Positions 26,050 through 47,760 of a stretch of DNA of 64,000 nucleotides are shown here, in pieces. Source of the stretch: the human T2T-CHM13v2.0 reference genome, Homo sapiens. Below the pieces are notes generated by a model, which saw only the letters and a program-made list of their open reading frames with translations, searched no databases and was not told the origin of the DNA. The stretch lies in assembly GCF_009914755.1 (NCBI RefSeq), contig NC_060932.1; one strand, given 5' to 3'. How positions within the stretch are numbered: the stretch's first letter is position 1; every line of letters starts with the position of its first letter. The position numbers were made by a program, and so were the translations under genes.

Positions 26050-26275
26050 TAATTTTATAGTTTCAATTTTTTTTCACATATCTCATTTGTTTCTCACAAT
26101 CACCCTAATAGGTGTGACAAGCATTGTTAGTATCCTCATTTTGCAGATGAGAAAACTGAGTCTCAGAGTTTTAAGCAAGCTGCCCAAGGTCATTTGTCTG
26201 GTAAGCGTCAAGGTTGAGAACTCAAAAACAGGATTTTTAGCTCTAAATTCTTTACTTTTTCCACTGGAATATATT
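26050..26275 (-). mobile_element. MIR
   Basis: cattttgcagatgagaaaactgagtctcagag..gcccaaggtca MIR core. Confidence 0.8.
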
Positions 26276-26871
26276 GCCAGTTTGGAGTTGTGACAGTTCA
26301 GTTAACCAGTCCTTAAAAAAATATTTTAACAAAGCTGACTTAACATCAGGGAGCTGAAAGGAATTCAGCAATGGGCCTATGGGGAAAGGAAGTTACAAAA
26401 ATCACAAGGCTGACCAGACCTTAAGCCCAGATGAAGAGAAAGGTGCCATCTCAGAATTGCCATGGCCTGCTCATTGAGAGTCCAGAAAGGACAGCCAAGG
26501 CTAAGAGACCAAGGGAGGCATGGAAGGTAGGAGCCAGAACTGCTTTCCAGGCATAGTAAAAGAAAACAACAACAAAAACATGGTGCTGAGGCTAATTAGA
26601 AGACTTCTGTAATTCAGAACGTGGAATATCTTTGTGCTCCTTCAGTTATTTTTTCTTAGGTTGATGGAATCCCTGGGTAAGAAGAGTGGAGAGAGGAGAG
26701 TGAATTCTCTTCCTGAGTCAAGACATCAAGATATTATGTGGACGAAGGGCCTCATCTCCACCATGTGCACATTACATGTTTGGTTTATACTCTCAGGTGC
26801 TATAAAGGAGGTTGGGGGAATGTACCTAGAGTAAATACAGAGTAAATAACTTAAAAGATGATAATTTAGAC

Positions 26872-27093
26872 CAGGGGATGGCAAAACTTTTTCTGGAAAT
26901 GGCCAGATAGTAAATATTTTCGGTTTTGTGGGCCATATGGTTTTTGTCACAAGTACTCAACTCTGCCATTAGGAACAGGAAAGCAGCCATAGACAATATG
27001 TAGATGAATGGGTGTGGCTGTGTTCCCATAAGCTTTATTTGCAAAAACAGGTGGGATGGGTTTGACCCAAGGGCCCTACTTTGCCAACTGCCA
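26872..27093 (-). mobile_element. MER58A hAT MITE
   Basis: caggggatggcaaaactttttctg..ggccagatagtaaatatttt..tttgccaactgcca; degenerate 8-bp TSD atttagac/agttagag. Confidence 0.9.
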
Positions 27094-27990
27094 AGTTAGA
27101 GAAAAATCGTATCTACTTAAAGCCTTTGATAGTATTCTCATTTCCATCTATGAATCAAGGTGGAACACTGGAAAGGGTAGATGATATAATGTTGGCTATT
27201 TACTATCAAGTTTTATAACATTAAAATATTATTTACTACCACCATAGGAATTGCATTTCTGTAATTATTAATTATTTTTCAAGACATTATTTAAAAATAT
27301 TTCCTATGAAATGCCTCATTTAAGACTTTTCTGACAGAGTTTAGTATTAGAATACAAATGTTTTCCATCATAAAACTTACGTGTTTTCTTCTGTCAGTGG
27401 ACTCAAATATTTATTAGACATACCTCTTCATCCTTATTAGAAAAGTTTTAAGAAAGTTTTATGCTTAATTCTAATAATCTTATGATTTAATGGCTAGCAT
27501 ACTTTCCTTCTCTGTTTTGTTTTTACCTTCAATCTTCCTTTCTCTCCCTCTATCTCTTTCTCTCTCTCTCTCTCTCATTTCTATTTCATTGGTCTTTTTT
27601 TCTTAAATCCACCTCAGATTTTTACAAAAAAGGAATGAATTCCAAATAAGCACACATAATACTACAGAAAAACATTTCAATTCCAAATAAAGAGAGCCAA
27701 CAGAAATGTAAACCCTACTTGACAAATTAAGCCCTGTCAGGACCAAGGAGGGATGAGATTATTTTGAAGAAGAGGAACAAGGTAAGAAGACTTTCTCTAT
27801 CAAATATTAAAATTTTCTAGAAATTTTGAGTAACTGAAAAGTATGGTATTGGCTCTGGAAATAGAGAAAAGATCAACAGAATAGACAAAGTAGTCTAAAA
27901 ACAGATGAAAAATATGTGGAAATTTAGTTATGACAGTGGTAGTAACTGATTCTCCAAACAGAAAGAAAAAATCAGATTAAAAAAACTTTT

Positions 27991-35110
<7,120 letters not shown>

Positions 35111-35422
35111 TTCTGAAAGATCAAGGATTAGAACTGCTCCAGGACCCCCGGGACATATAATGAAGACACCCTCTGTTTCTACAGGGTCCTCCAAAAATCA
35201 GCTTTTTACCTTATAAAATATATAAATTAAAAATTCCAAATAAATTAAAAACTAAATATGAAAAAAGTAGAAATGTTTAGTATATAAATATATGATATAT
35301 CTTTATGACATCATGGTAGGGAAAAAACCTTAAACATTATAAAAGCAAAAATCACAAAAGAAAATATTGATATTCACTCCATTAACTTTTTATACTTCTC
35401 TCCATCAAAAATATCATAAACA

Positions 35423-35700
35423 GGCCAGGCACAGTGGCTCATGCCTATAATCCCAGCACTTTGGGAGGCCAAGGTGGATGGACCATTTGAGGTCAGGAGT
35501 TTGAGACCAGCCTGGACAACATGGTGAAACCCTGCCTCTACTAAAAGTACAAAAATCTGCTGGGCATGGTGGCGGGTGCCTGTAGTCCCAGCTACTCCAG
35601 AGGCTGAGGCAGGAGAATGCTTGACCCCAGGAGGTGGAGGTTGCAGTGAGCTGAGTTCATGCCACTGCACTCCAGCCTGGGTGACAGAGCGAGACTCTCT

Positions 35701-35750
<50 letters not shown>

Positions 35751-35755
35751 TATAT
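35423..35755 (+). mobile_element. AluSx/Sz-like with poly(A)-(TA)n tail
   Basis: tttgaggtcaggagtttgagaccagcctgg; A run 35702-35733 followed by (TA)n. Confidence 0.95.
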
Positions 35756-36177
35756 GAAACAACAGGAAAAATAAAAGATTAAGGATTAATAATCAGAATA
35801 CTTAGATATTCTACAAAACAATAAAATTAATAAATATCAAACCATATAATAAATAAATAAACAGCCTTACTAGGGGAACAAAACAAAGTATATGTAACTC
35901 ACAGAAAAGAAAAAGCAAAGACCATTAAACATCAGAAATATTGACACCCAATGTCAATATTAATTAAAAAAAATAAAAAGAGATATCACTTGGATTGACA
36001 ATTTTAAAGACTTACAACATCAATTTTTGGCAAGGTAGTAAGAAATAGGAATACACTGATGGTGGGAGCCTATATTAGTACCAACACCCTGGAGAGCAGT
36101 TTAGGAATTCCTAGTAAAGTGGAAAACATATACACATCAATGGCCAAGAATTTCACCCATGGATATCAACCCTAGTG

Positions 36178-36352
36178 CAGCAATTCTCAAAGTTTGGTCT
36201 CTGCACCAGTATTTGCATATCCTGAGGGTTTGTTAGAAATTTAGATTCTTGGGCCCACACATTCCATTTGAATCAGGAGGTCTCAGGGAGGGGCCAGCAA
36301 TCTGTGTTGTCACAATCACTCCAGCTGATTCTATTGCACAATCAAAGCTAGA
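36178..36352. mobile_element. MER5A
   Basis: cagcaattctcaaagtttggtc..ttgttagaaat..gggccagcaatctgtgtt..gctgattct. Confidence 0.75.
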
Positions 36353-36470
36353 GAAACCTTCACACATGTGTTCCTGAAGACATGTACAAAGAAGGTTCAT
36401 GGAGGCATTGTATGTAATCACAAAAAAAATATGAACCACCCAGCTGATCCTCTCAAAAGAATGGAAACAT

Positions 36471-37889
36471 AGGCTGCAGTAATCAAAACAGCAGAGTACT
36501 AGTACAAAAATAGACACATAGATCAATGGAAAAGAAGAGAGAACCCAGAAATAAAGTTCACTTCTACAGCCAATTGATCTTTGACAAAGTCAACAAAAAT
36601 AAGCAATGGGGAAAGGAGTCTCTATTCAATAAATAGTGCTGGGATAGCTGGCTAGCCATATGCAGAAGAATGAAACTGGACCCCTACCTTTCACCACATA
36701 CAAAAATTAACTCAAGATGGACTAAAGATTGAAATGTAAGACCTCAAACTATAAGAATCCTAGAAGAGAAGCTAGGAAATACCATTCTGGATACGAGTTT
36801 GGGGAAAAATATTATGACTAAGTCCTCAAAAGTAATTGCAACAAAAATAAAAATTGACAAATGGAACCTAATTAAACTAAAGAATTTTGGCACAGCAAAA
36901 GAAACTATCAGCAGAGTAAACAAGCAACATACAAAAAGGGAGAAAATATTCACAAACAATGCATCTGACAAAGGTCTAATATCCAGAATTTGTTAGAAAC
37001 TTAAACAGTTGATGTTAAGAAGTTAAACAATTGAACAAACAAAAAACATTAAAAATGGGCAAAAAACATGAACAGACACTTCTCAAGAAACACAGACATT
37101 TGGCCAACACACATATGAAAAAATTGTCTAAATCACTAATCTTCAGAGAAATAAATGTAAACCAAAACTGCAATGAGATACCATCTCACACCAGGCAGAA
37201 TGGCTATTGTTAAAAAGTCAGACACAATAGATGCTGGAAGGCTGTGGAGAAAATAGAATGCTTATATACTGCTGGTGGGAATGTAAATTAGTTCAGCCAC
37301 TGTGGAAATTAGTCTGAATATTTCTCAAAGAGCTTAAAACAGAAGTACCATTTGACCTGGCCATGTCATTACTGGTGTTTACTCAAAAGAAAACAAATGA
37401 TTTTACCAAAAAGACACATGCTCACATGTTATTCACAGCACTATTCACGATAGCAAAGACATGAAATCAACCTAGGTGTCCATCAGTGGTGGATTGGATA
37501 AAGAAAATGTGGTACATATACCTCACGGAATACTACACAGCTATTAAAAAGAATGAAATCATGTCTTTTGGAGCAACATGAATGCAACTGGAGGCCATTA
37601 TCCTGAGCAAATTAACACAGAAACAGAAAACGAAATGCCACATGTTCTCACTTACAAGTGGGAGCTAAACCTTAGGTATTCATGGACATAAAGATGGCAA
37701 CAATAGACACTGGGGGCTGCTAGAGGGAAGAGATAGGGAGAAGGGCAAGGGTTGAAAAAATAACTACTGGGTACTATGCTCAATACCTGGGTGATGGGCT
37801 CATTCATACCCAAACCTCAGCATCATGCAATATACCCTGATAACAAACCTGCATGTGTATCCCCTGAATCTAAAATAAAAGTTGAAAAA
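36471..37889 (+). mobile_element. 5'-truncated L1PA16-like element
   Basis: ORF 36799-36996 is L1 ORF2 C-terminal sequence ([21 protein letters not shown]); 3' end gggcaagggttgaaaaa..cccctgaatctaaaataaaagttg. Confidence 0.9.
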
Positions 37890-38999
37890 CATAAATAGAA
37901 TGAATAATAAACCCTGGTGTATTCATTCTATGGATTGTTTTACAGCTATTGGAATGAATGAACTAGTTCTATCAACAAGGATAAAAATTCAAAACCAACA
38001 TTGAATAAAAAAAAATCAAATGACAAAAGATTACACCTTATGATGTTATTCATGTACATTTTTAAACTGAAAAGAAAGGTAGATGCATTACTCATGTCTT
38101 TAATAATTTATTGTAAAGTACCAAAACCCATAAGAAGATGTCACACCAGCATCAGAAGGATGGTTACTTCTGGCAGAGGAATGGGGAAGTGAGGCAAAGG
38201 GACTAATGAATTATGTAGAGGTTTAACTAGATCTAAAGTACTTTTATATCTTATGAAAATTCTGAAGAAAACATGGTGAATGACAGCATCATTTAAAATT
38301 GAGTAATGGATCCATGGAAGTTTGCTGTTATTTTTTGTACCTTTTTCTTTTTGAAGTATTTGATAATTTTCACAAATATCTTAAAGACATAATAGCCTAG
38401 GGGAAAAAAAAACCCAAAACTGTAACATAGGCAAGTGTTTTCTTAGATACTGCCAGTGCTTCTTCGTGTGCATTCCACGAATATTAAATGTCAGCAAAGG
38501 TCTGTGCAATCCCTGAGATTAAAAAGAATTATTTCAAAGCCCAATCCCATAGCTTGTGAAATCCTAAATAAAAAGATATATACATAGATACACAGTTTCT
38601 TCAGCTTTTAATTTCTTTCTTTGTTTCCTCATGGAAAATCTATACTACCTACAGATTTAGGAAAATATCTCAAGATTCAAATTAGGTTTGCCTTTAAATT
38701 GCTTATCTAGGAAATTAAAAGAAAAAAATCTAAAGACTTAAAAACAATGGACGCAGTGAGAAGTGGTAATAATTAAAACAGATAGAATAATTGGAAATCT
38801 ATATACAGAATAGCAGGACACATGTAAAATACCAGTCAATTGTTTCTTGCTCTGAAAATACTCAACAGCTATGGAGACAAGACCTCCACATACTGCCATT
38901 TGTAGGATACACCCAATGAAATGGATGGCTTCCCATAAGGTAAGTACAGTTAAAAGATCACAACTCAACAATCTCCAGGCCCAAATAATTCAATTTATT

Positions 39000-39416
39000 T
39001 CTTTTTAAATCAGTTTTATTGAGGGATCACATACAATAAAATTCATCAATTTTATATGTAAAATGTGATGAGTTTTGACCAATGTATATGATCATATAAC
39101 TACTACCACAGTAAAAATACAGAACATTTTCATGACCCCAAAAGTTGCCTCATATCCCTTTGCAGTCAAATTTTTCCTCTAGTCCCTGGCTCCTGGCAAC
39201 TATTAATCTGCTTTTGTCACTAGAGGTTTTTTTTTGTTGTTGTTTGTTTTGTTTTTTTCAAAAATCTCCCATAACTAGAATTGTACGGTATGTATTTTTT
39301 ATTCTTTCACTTAGCATAATGGTATTGAGATTCATTGATGGTGTTCCCTGTATGAGTAATATATTCTTTTTTTTTATGTCTGAGGTGTATGCCACTATAT
39401 GGATAGGCTACAATGT
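39000..39416 (-). mobile_element. L1MB/L1ME-type 3' end
   Basis: cagttttattgag..gatgagttttgacc..cctggcaactattaatctgctt..ctttcacttagcataatg. Confidence 0.8.
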
Positions 39417-39559
39417 AAAATGTCTTAGTCTTAAATATGAATGAATCAGCTAAAACTTAAGAAAAGTCTCCTATATTAAAAAAAAAAAGAGGAGGGGCAA
39501 CTGTAGTAAATGAAAGAGGGAGGCAAACATAGAAGAACAAATAAATCAAGGGAGAGAAA

Positions 39560-40880
39560 AAAGCTTTTTAAAAGATTTTAATGTATCAGAGAGATATGAT
39601 AATTTTTTTCTCTCTTACACAAGAAAAACATACTTTGAGAAAGGAAAAATTTGAAAAAACAAGAAACCACTCTCAAAATTTTAAATACTATTTTTAAAAG
39701 GAAGTTTGAAAGGTAAAAAGTCAGATAAAGTAAAAGAAATTTCCAAAAAATAAAAATACAGGAAAATCTAAGAGGTGGAATATTTAAAAGATTAATGAAG
39801 GTGGTCTAATATCTAATTAATATTAATCCCAGAATGAAGGAATGGAAAAACAAAGGAAGAAAATTATCACAGGAAAATGTCATAGAATTGAAGGACACAA
39901 AATGTCTAGATTGAAAAAGACTCACTGACTGCTCAGGATAAGGAGTGAACAAACACCTGCAACAAAGTGCATCACTATGAAATTTCATAACATGGATGCT
40001 AAAAGAGAATACCTGAGAAACTTCCAGAGGAAAAAAAAATAAAATCAGATTTAGTGCAAAGAGTCAAGAATAAAATGACATCAGACTTCTCATCAGCAAC
40101 ACTGTCTTCAAAATTCAGAGGGAAAGGGAAGTTATTGACTAAGCATTCTAAAGTCAATGAAGCTATTATCCAAATGTAGAATAGAAAGAATAAACGCAGA
40201 TAAGCAGAAAATTAACTTACCATGTTCTCTTCTTGGTAAGCCCATTAGGACTTGTCCTAATGCTGGGACTTTGGTCCTAGTGCTCTAGCAGTAAAATAAG
40301 AGAGAAAGGGCGGGGACGGGGATTAATTTCAGAAAAAGAAGGCAAAGAATCCATCCCAGAAAAATCAAAACTGAATTCTTAGGATAAAACCCAGTCCAGT
40401 TGGAGAAGGAGGACTGAGACACTGAAAGGTAGATTGTAGGAGAAAGAGAAATTCTATAGAACAATTAATATGATGAGCATTTGAAAATGATTAAAATTTT
40501 GTGGCAAGCAAAAACTGACCCAGTTAGACACTCCAGGAAAAACAAAGCGCTTTATAAGAAAAAGATGAAATTCTGGTACACTATTTGGCTCAGCAGTAAA
40601 CAATATTTACAAATTATGATGATACAATTACTGATTATGATTTAACATAATTAAAATGTTGATCATCAAGAAATTAATAAATATTGTACAAAGTAGATTA
40701 ATCAGGACATCAACTTGTATAGGGATAGTATTTAGAAGGAACAGATAAGAGTTAAAAATGGTTTCCAATGGAAAGATACAACTGGGATGTGAGGAAGGAC
40801 TGGGCCAGCAACTGCTGTATTCTAGTGTACACATTATAGTATTGCTTGATTTTTAAATATGGCATATATTATTATTATAA
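39560..40880 (+). mobile_element. HAL1 (half-L1) relic
   Basis: ORF1-like tract catcactatgaaatttcataaca..aatgacatcagacttctcatcagcaacactg followed by a 3' end with no ORF2 between. Confidence 0.6.
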
Positions 40881-41229
40881 AAATTCTAATGTTTAGTTTC
40901 AAGTTATACCAAAATTTGGGGCTGCTGGGGGAGAATGATCCTTTAAAATAAGTTACAGAACAGACTTTAATGTTTAATAAGAATCTTTACAATAATAATA
41001 AATATTGATTGAGTGCTTCTAAATTTCCAGGCCCTCTTCTAAGTTTTCTATGTGTATTCGCTGATTTAAAAGGACAGAGAAATTTACTCTAGGGCCTCAA
41101 AAATAGGGAAGACACGCCTTATTTAAAATTTAAAAATTCTGATGTGTAAAGCAAAAGGGAATCTGGTCTTCTTTTTATATTCCCACCTTCATCTAGCCCT
41201 TGGCATTTAGTATCTGAACTATAAAAAGT

Positions 41230-42280
41230 GCCTTCTAGTTGCCTGATCTCCAAACTTCCCCTTTTTCAATCTATTTTACACAGGCTACCAGACTAACATT
41301 CCTAAAACACTATATTGGTTTAGTTACACCTCTGCTCAAAAGTCATCAGTGGCTCCACTTTATCTAGCAAATAAAGTACAATCTTAGCATGTCATTTAAA
41401 TTCTTCTGGGGCTGCTTTCCAACTATCTTCCTTTTATAGTTTCAAGTTTCATCAAACTAGTCCTTTTGTAAATACGGACTAGTTACCTTTCTCCAACATG
41501 CTTTGTGCTTTGTACTCTCTTATGTCATACCTTGCACCTAAAATGCTTCTGCTCCCTCAAAATTCACTTAACACATTGATAACCCATTCTTCAAAGTGCA
41601 GTTAAGGCATCTCAGGCTCTATCTACACTGCCATACTCAGTCACAAAGGCAGAAATGATTTCTCCTTCAACTGCATACCAACGCCAATGATGATCAACCT
41701 TAGTTTCTCTGTTGGCCATCTCCTGGCCAATTCTATGCCCTGCTCAATGCCACTGACTGCATCACAGATTTTCCCTTTGAGTTCTTTCCTGTTCCCTTCC
41801 TGCCCTAATGCTGTGTCTCTGACAGTAGCTGCATCCATCCATGGCCACAGGTCCCAAATTGTGGCCTCTCTTTCGGTTCCGGTTCTCCCTGGGCTCTAAT
41901 AACTCCATTTTACCATTGTTCTTTTAGCCCTAGAGTGACAATGGTTACCCACTGTTGCTATAGTCTTTTGCGTTAATTTTTCCTTAACCCTATCTGCATC
42001 TCTGCAAGCAGACTCATCATCAAATTCATAAGCCTGTGAAATAGAAAGCCACTAAGGAGAAAGAGCTAGATGAACCATCTGGAGTAAATTCTGTGACCCG
42101 CCAGGACTCTGGCCCATATGACATTCATCTATCTCTCATTGCCTTCTATCATAATATAAGTCGGATTTACCCAAAGACTATGAATTTCCTAAGTAAGGAG
42201 ACCACACTTGACTCATCTTTGCTATTTAGGTGCCTGGTCATAATAGATTTTCAATAAATGATTGAGAAGTCAATGAATCT
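41230..42280 (+). mobile_element. L2 3' region interrupted by an ancient ERVL-type LTR (about 41650-42118)
   Basis: L2: cctctgctcaaaagtcatcagtggctcc, tail tcaataaatgattgagaagtcaatgaat. LTR: ccactgttgcta..ccttaaccct..gccaggactctg. Confidence 0.5.
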
Positions 42281-42514
42281 TAATGTGCCTATTTAATGCA
42301 CTCCACAAAGATCTGGTAATTACCAGTTCCTGAATAGGAGATTTTCACATAAACTTTCTGTTCTTAGATGTCACTCTGATTAGGATTATTAAAGGAACAC
42401 AGTCCTGACAACAGTGAACAAAGTGGGGGAAATAGATGATTCTGAGAAGAGAGCACTTTGAACCAGAGATGTGTGAACCCAGAAGCATTTTGAGATTGGC
42501 ATCATGTCTTGAAC

Positions 42515-42705
42515 TAGTTTTCAAAGGAATCAGACTTGGCCAAACCCAAAGAGAACTTTGCCAAGCAGTTTTCCCCTTAATTTTTAAACCCATGTGTATT
42601 TTAAGGGAAATTCAATCCATATGTTTCTGATTCATTTACACTTAACTCATCAAAATGTTGTTTTGTAAGAGTTATTTGATGTCCCAGTCTTTTGAGCTTT
42701 TGTGC
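42515..42705. repeat. MER135-like ancient conserved interspersed repeat
   Basis: gagaactttgccaagcagttttccccttaatttttaaacccatgtgtattttaagggaaattcaatccatatgtttctgattcatttacacttaactcatcaaaatgttgttttgtaagag closely matches the MER135 consensus as recalled. Confidence 0.7.
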
Positions 42706-45269
42706 AGAAATGCCTTCCCCCTCTTATAAATAAAAACCTTTTGGCAAGTCATACACAAAAATTGATCCCTGAAAGGTTCGAAGTCATTTCAAACCTCAAG
42801 GCCCACAAGGTTCCAGTGATTCCTTACTGGATCTGATAGGACTCCTCTCTCTGTAGAAATCTGAGGGCTTTTGCTGAAGAGACACAAGGTTGCACAAGGA
42901 TGGAAGTCTGACCCAGCAAAAAGACAAAGAGAATTTTAAAGTCCAAAGTGGGAGAACAGGCATGTAAAGTGGTAAAGAGATGAGAAGAAGCTACAAATAA
43001 AACACCAAAAACAGAGAGACAAAGAGAATAAATGAAACAATTTTCTGTGTACAGAAGTTCAAAGACAAGGCAGGGAGAGAGGGAAATATGAGCAAATATA
43101 TGTCATGGAACACATATATCAGAGCTCTCAGAATCCTGTTTTAGAAAACCAAATGCCTTGGCCATTTGGGAAGCAATTATGAGAATGTGTTATTAATTAC
43201 TTAGTTGTGCCTGTTTACTTGAGCAACAATAGTTCTTGCTATGGATCCTGCCAGCTTGCCTGCTTTACTTCTATCACCAGTACTAATATTATTTCAATAG
43301 GCCCTTCATTTTTCTTTATTCATATCCATAGCTTCGGGTCAGAGTTAGCTCAAGCGGTTACCTCCTCATGCCGGACTTTCTATCTGTTCATATCCATAGC
43401 TGAACTTATACATATGCAGTTCTCATACCACTATCCTTCAAAGCATCAAAGAGAAGTGGATATTTACAAACACAGACGACCAGAAATTGGGCCAGGTCAT
43501 TGATGCTATTCATTAATATCTCCTAACAATCCATGATGCTGTTGCCCAGGAAACAAAGCCAAGTCTGTATCTTAGATCTCAAGTTCTTCTTTTGTAAAAT
43601 GCCTTACCTAAGATGTCATAAAAGTAATAAAACTCAAGAAAACATAAAGCACTCTGCAAAGACAAGGAGGAACAAGAGTATTTCAATTGAGGGTTTAAAT
43701 GTGAATAACAATGAGTGTGGGCCTTAACAAAATGCCTAGAGAAAACTTGAGTATAATTTCCTGGGTTGATGTTCTCAAAGGAAAGAAGCTCCAAAGGGGA
43801 TAAATGAGAGACTATTAAAAAAACCAAAATTCTGGCAACATAATCACTTATGTTTTCAAGTGGAAGTGAAGGTGGAGACATCTAAAGAAGAGTGTTTTTT
43901 CTAGTTTTTTTTAAATGAGCTTAGAATTTTTTTTTAAAGGAGTCCACACAGGCCTGAAAGAGTGGCTTCAATGGAAAACAAAAAAGCAAGGCCCAAGCTT
44001 GCAAAAACATGTTTATGAAAATATGAAAGAGCTTTAGCAGCTATCTTGACAGAATGGGGAACAAGAAAAACACTCCTAATTGGGGATGCAAATCAGGTAA
44101 TGTCTGATATCAGCTAGAAAACAGAATTATCTGCCCTATCAAACAGAATGACACTGTTGATTTGTTGTATTCCCCAACCGGAATATGAGTTCCTTCATGA
44201 TGGGGTCTTCTTTTTTCCCCACTTCAGATGCAGAGTAACTAGTGCATCTAATTCAGGCTTAGTATATATTTGGAGAATAAAAAAACTGATGTCAAATGAA
44301 AGACTCTGCCATGTGACTATCTCCATCTCTGCTAATTCTCTCCACGTATATGTAACCTTCATCCTGCAACCTGAAGGCCATTCTATCTCCCTCTATAGCA
44401 AATAAGGCCAAGTCTACACATCTGTTCGCTCACTGTCATCCTAAGGGGCATTAATCACACACCTTATCTAGTTCACTGCACCTTCTTTCCTTCCAGCTCC
44501 ATTTCACAGAAGTGGGTGTACCGCTGGTAGAATCTTCCTAGCCTTGTCTCCACCTATTACTCCTACACCTACCCCTCCCTAAAATACTTTCTTACTTCCC
44601 ATCTTTGGTTTTGTGCCAATTTAAAATTGAACCAGCATTATCCAACCCTCTCTGAGATGTTCCTTACAATCATCTACTCCTCCCTGATGTCACCTCTTCC
44701 TGAGAATGCCTCAGTTTCTGCTTCCTGCTTATTACCAGACACTCTTGCCCCAGTTATCCAGCATGCTGTCTACACGCTTTCCTGCCTCAAGACAGCCAAT
44801 GCTGGAAGATGCTATGAGGCAATGCCCTACAGCAGCAGTAGTCACACAGCTGCTGTCTAAGGGAGAGGCACCTCCAAACATTGAGAAATTACACCCAGGG
44901 CCATTAGGGAAAGGAACAGGCAATCTGCAAAAGGTCAGGCCAAGCTAACTTCATTTCCTTTTCTAATTAGTGGATGGATAGCAGGGCATTTGAAATTGTA
45001 AAATCAGAATCAGCGGAGACTTTATAGAAGTGATGCTCAACACTTGGTTGGGGGTGAACTCCACTGAGAATCTGATGGACGCTAGGAACACTATTCACAC
45101 AAGTTTATCGTACAATTTCAGAAGAAGTCATTCACTACATATTAAGAACATTGTTTTAGCAGCTGACTAACCTATCTACTATCAATGATTTTAAAAACTC
45201 ATGCTAATGTCAATGACATCTAAATTGTATTCAAATACTATGATCCTATCATTCTAATAAAATAGTGAC

Positions 45270-45500
45270 AATGAAAAGAAATGCATTTTTAATGTTTGCC
45301 ACATGCCAGGTTCTATCCTAAGTACTTTACCTACCTTGCTTTATTTAATTCTCACAACAAAACTATCAGTTTGGCATTATTATAATCTACAAATAAAATC
45401 GTAATACAGATGAGGAAATTGAGGCTTAGAAAAGCTAAGTCATGTGCCCATGGTCACACAGCATGTGGGTGAATTAAGATCCAAACATGCATCTGTCAGT
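45270..45500 (-). mobile_element. MIR
   Basis: tacagatgaggaaattgaggcttagaaaagctaagtcatgtgcccatggtcacacagc. Confidence 0.8.
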
Positions 45501-45504
45501 CTCT

Positions 45505-46303
<799 letters not shown>

Positions 46304-47384
46304 ACTCCCAAAGCCCATGCTATTAACAACAATTTCTATATACCCTCAACCTAAGAAATGAAATGTTATGTAGCTATGTTTTTCCATAGCCATGACATCA
46401 TACAGGGAATAATCCACATCAAATGTCATTCCTCACTGTCTGCTTCTGTGTACCTAAAGTTTTATAGTATGACCTATTTGGAATGTTGAAAATGCGCTAA
46501 ATTCCAAATACCTGCCCATGATCTGTCTCTAAAATGCAATATATCATAATATAAGGTTTAATTATAGAAGCAGTTTTAGCAGTAACCAAATTTAAATCCT
46601 ATTTTTTTCTGATCTTTGCCCTTGCTTTCTGAAAAAAAAAAATTCCTTTAAACAAGCAATTTGCTGTGCTACCACAACTCATTAAAACAATGCTGCTTAT
46701 TTGCCCTTTTATCTCCAAAATTATTCTATTCTGGAAACTTAAAGTTACAGAAATAGCTTCCTTTTGATTTTTATTTCCTCCAATGTCTGTGGATGGTGCT
46801 TTATAGTTTGCAGAATACAGGAACTTTTCACATCAATGACTTCATTTGATCAGCCTTTCATATAGGCATTATTTTCATTATAGTTCTCCAAATAAATAGA
46901 TGGTTAAATTAAAAAAAAGAAAAAGAAAAAAATGTAGCCTAAGGCCATACAGCTAAAAAGCGGGTGATGCTGAGATTCCACCCATCATCTCTTCTGATTC
47001 CAGCCTATGCTTCTTCCTGTCGTACCTCCCAAATCTTTGTGCCAATTCTCTTTAACTGCTGGTAAAAATCAGTCATGGCCTGTCCTCTTTTTTGTGCGAG
47101 AATATCTAGGACAAAGAGTTCCATATCCCAAAATGATGCTGACCTCTGAGGCTCCCACAGAAAAAGGGTCACAAAGTTTCAAGGGAAAAAGTATGTATTC
47201 TCTTAAGCAAAGGCAAACTTAGCATCTATAAGAAGTTCCCTAGTCAGAAAAGTTTTTATTAGCAGGCAATAAATAAATAAATAAATAAGCTCCTGAATGG
47301 AGAATATTTTAAAGATAGAAAAACTAACCTGTAGTAAGCACTGGCTATAAGTCCAGCCCTTAATATTGTTTGGGTTAATAACGG

Positions 47385-47760
47385 CTGAGGTTTATTGAGC
47401 GTTGGCTGAAAAAGTTCCAGGGTTAAAGCATTACATGCACTGGTACATTTTATCCTTGCAAAATCCCCACAATTGAGATATAGTCATCATTCCTTTTTTT
47501 GCACACGAGGAGACTAAGCATTAGAGACAGATGCCAACATCACACACAGCCGACAAATGGCTGAACTAAGATTTGAATGCAGAGGGTCAAACACAGAGCC
47601 TGTCTCCCTGTGACTTAACGACGACAGCAAGCCTAGTACACAGAGATCATTATTCTCACTTTACAGAAGTGGGAACAATAGCACAGAGAGGTTAAGGAAT
47701 GCTTTCAAAGCTGCACAGCCAGCAGGTGATGAAGTGAGAATGAACTCAGATTTGCCCCCA
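47385..47760 (-). mobile_element. Two tandem MIR fragments
   Basis: gaggagactaagcattagaga..ctaagatttgaa, and ctttacagaagtgggaacaatagcacagagaggttaag..cacagccag. Confidence 0.65.
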
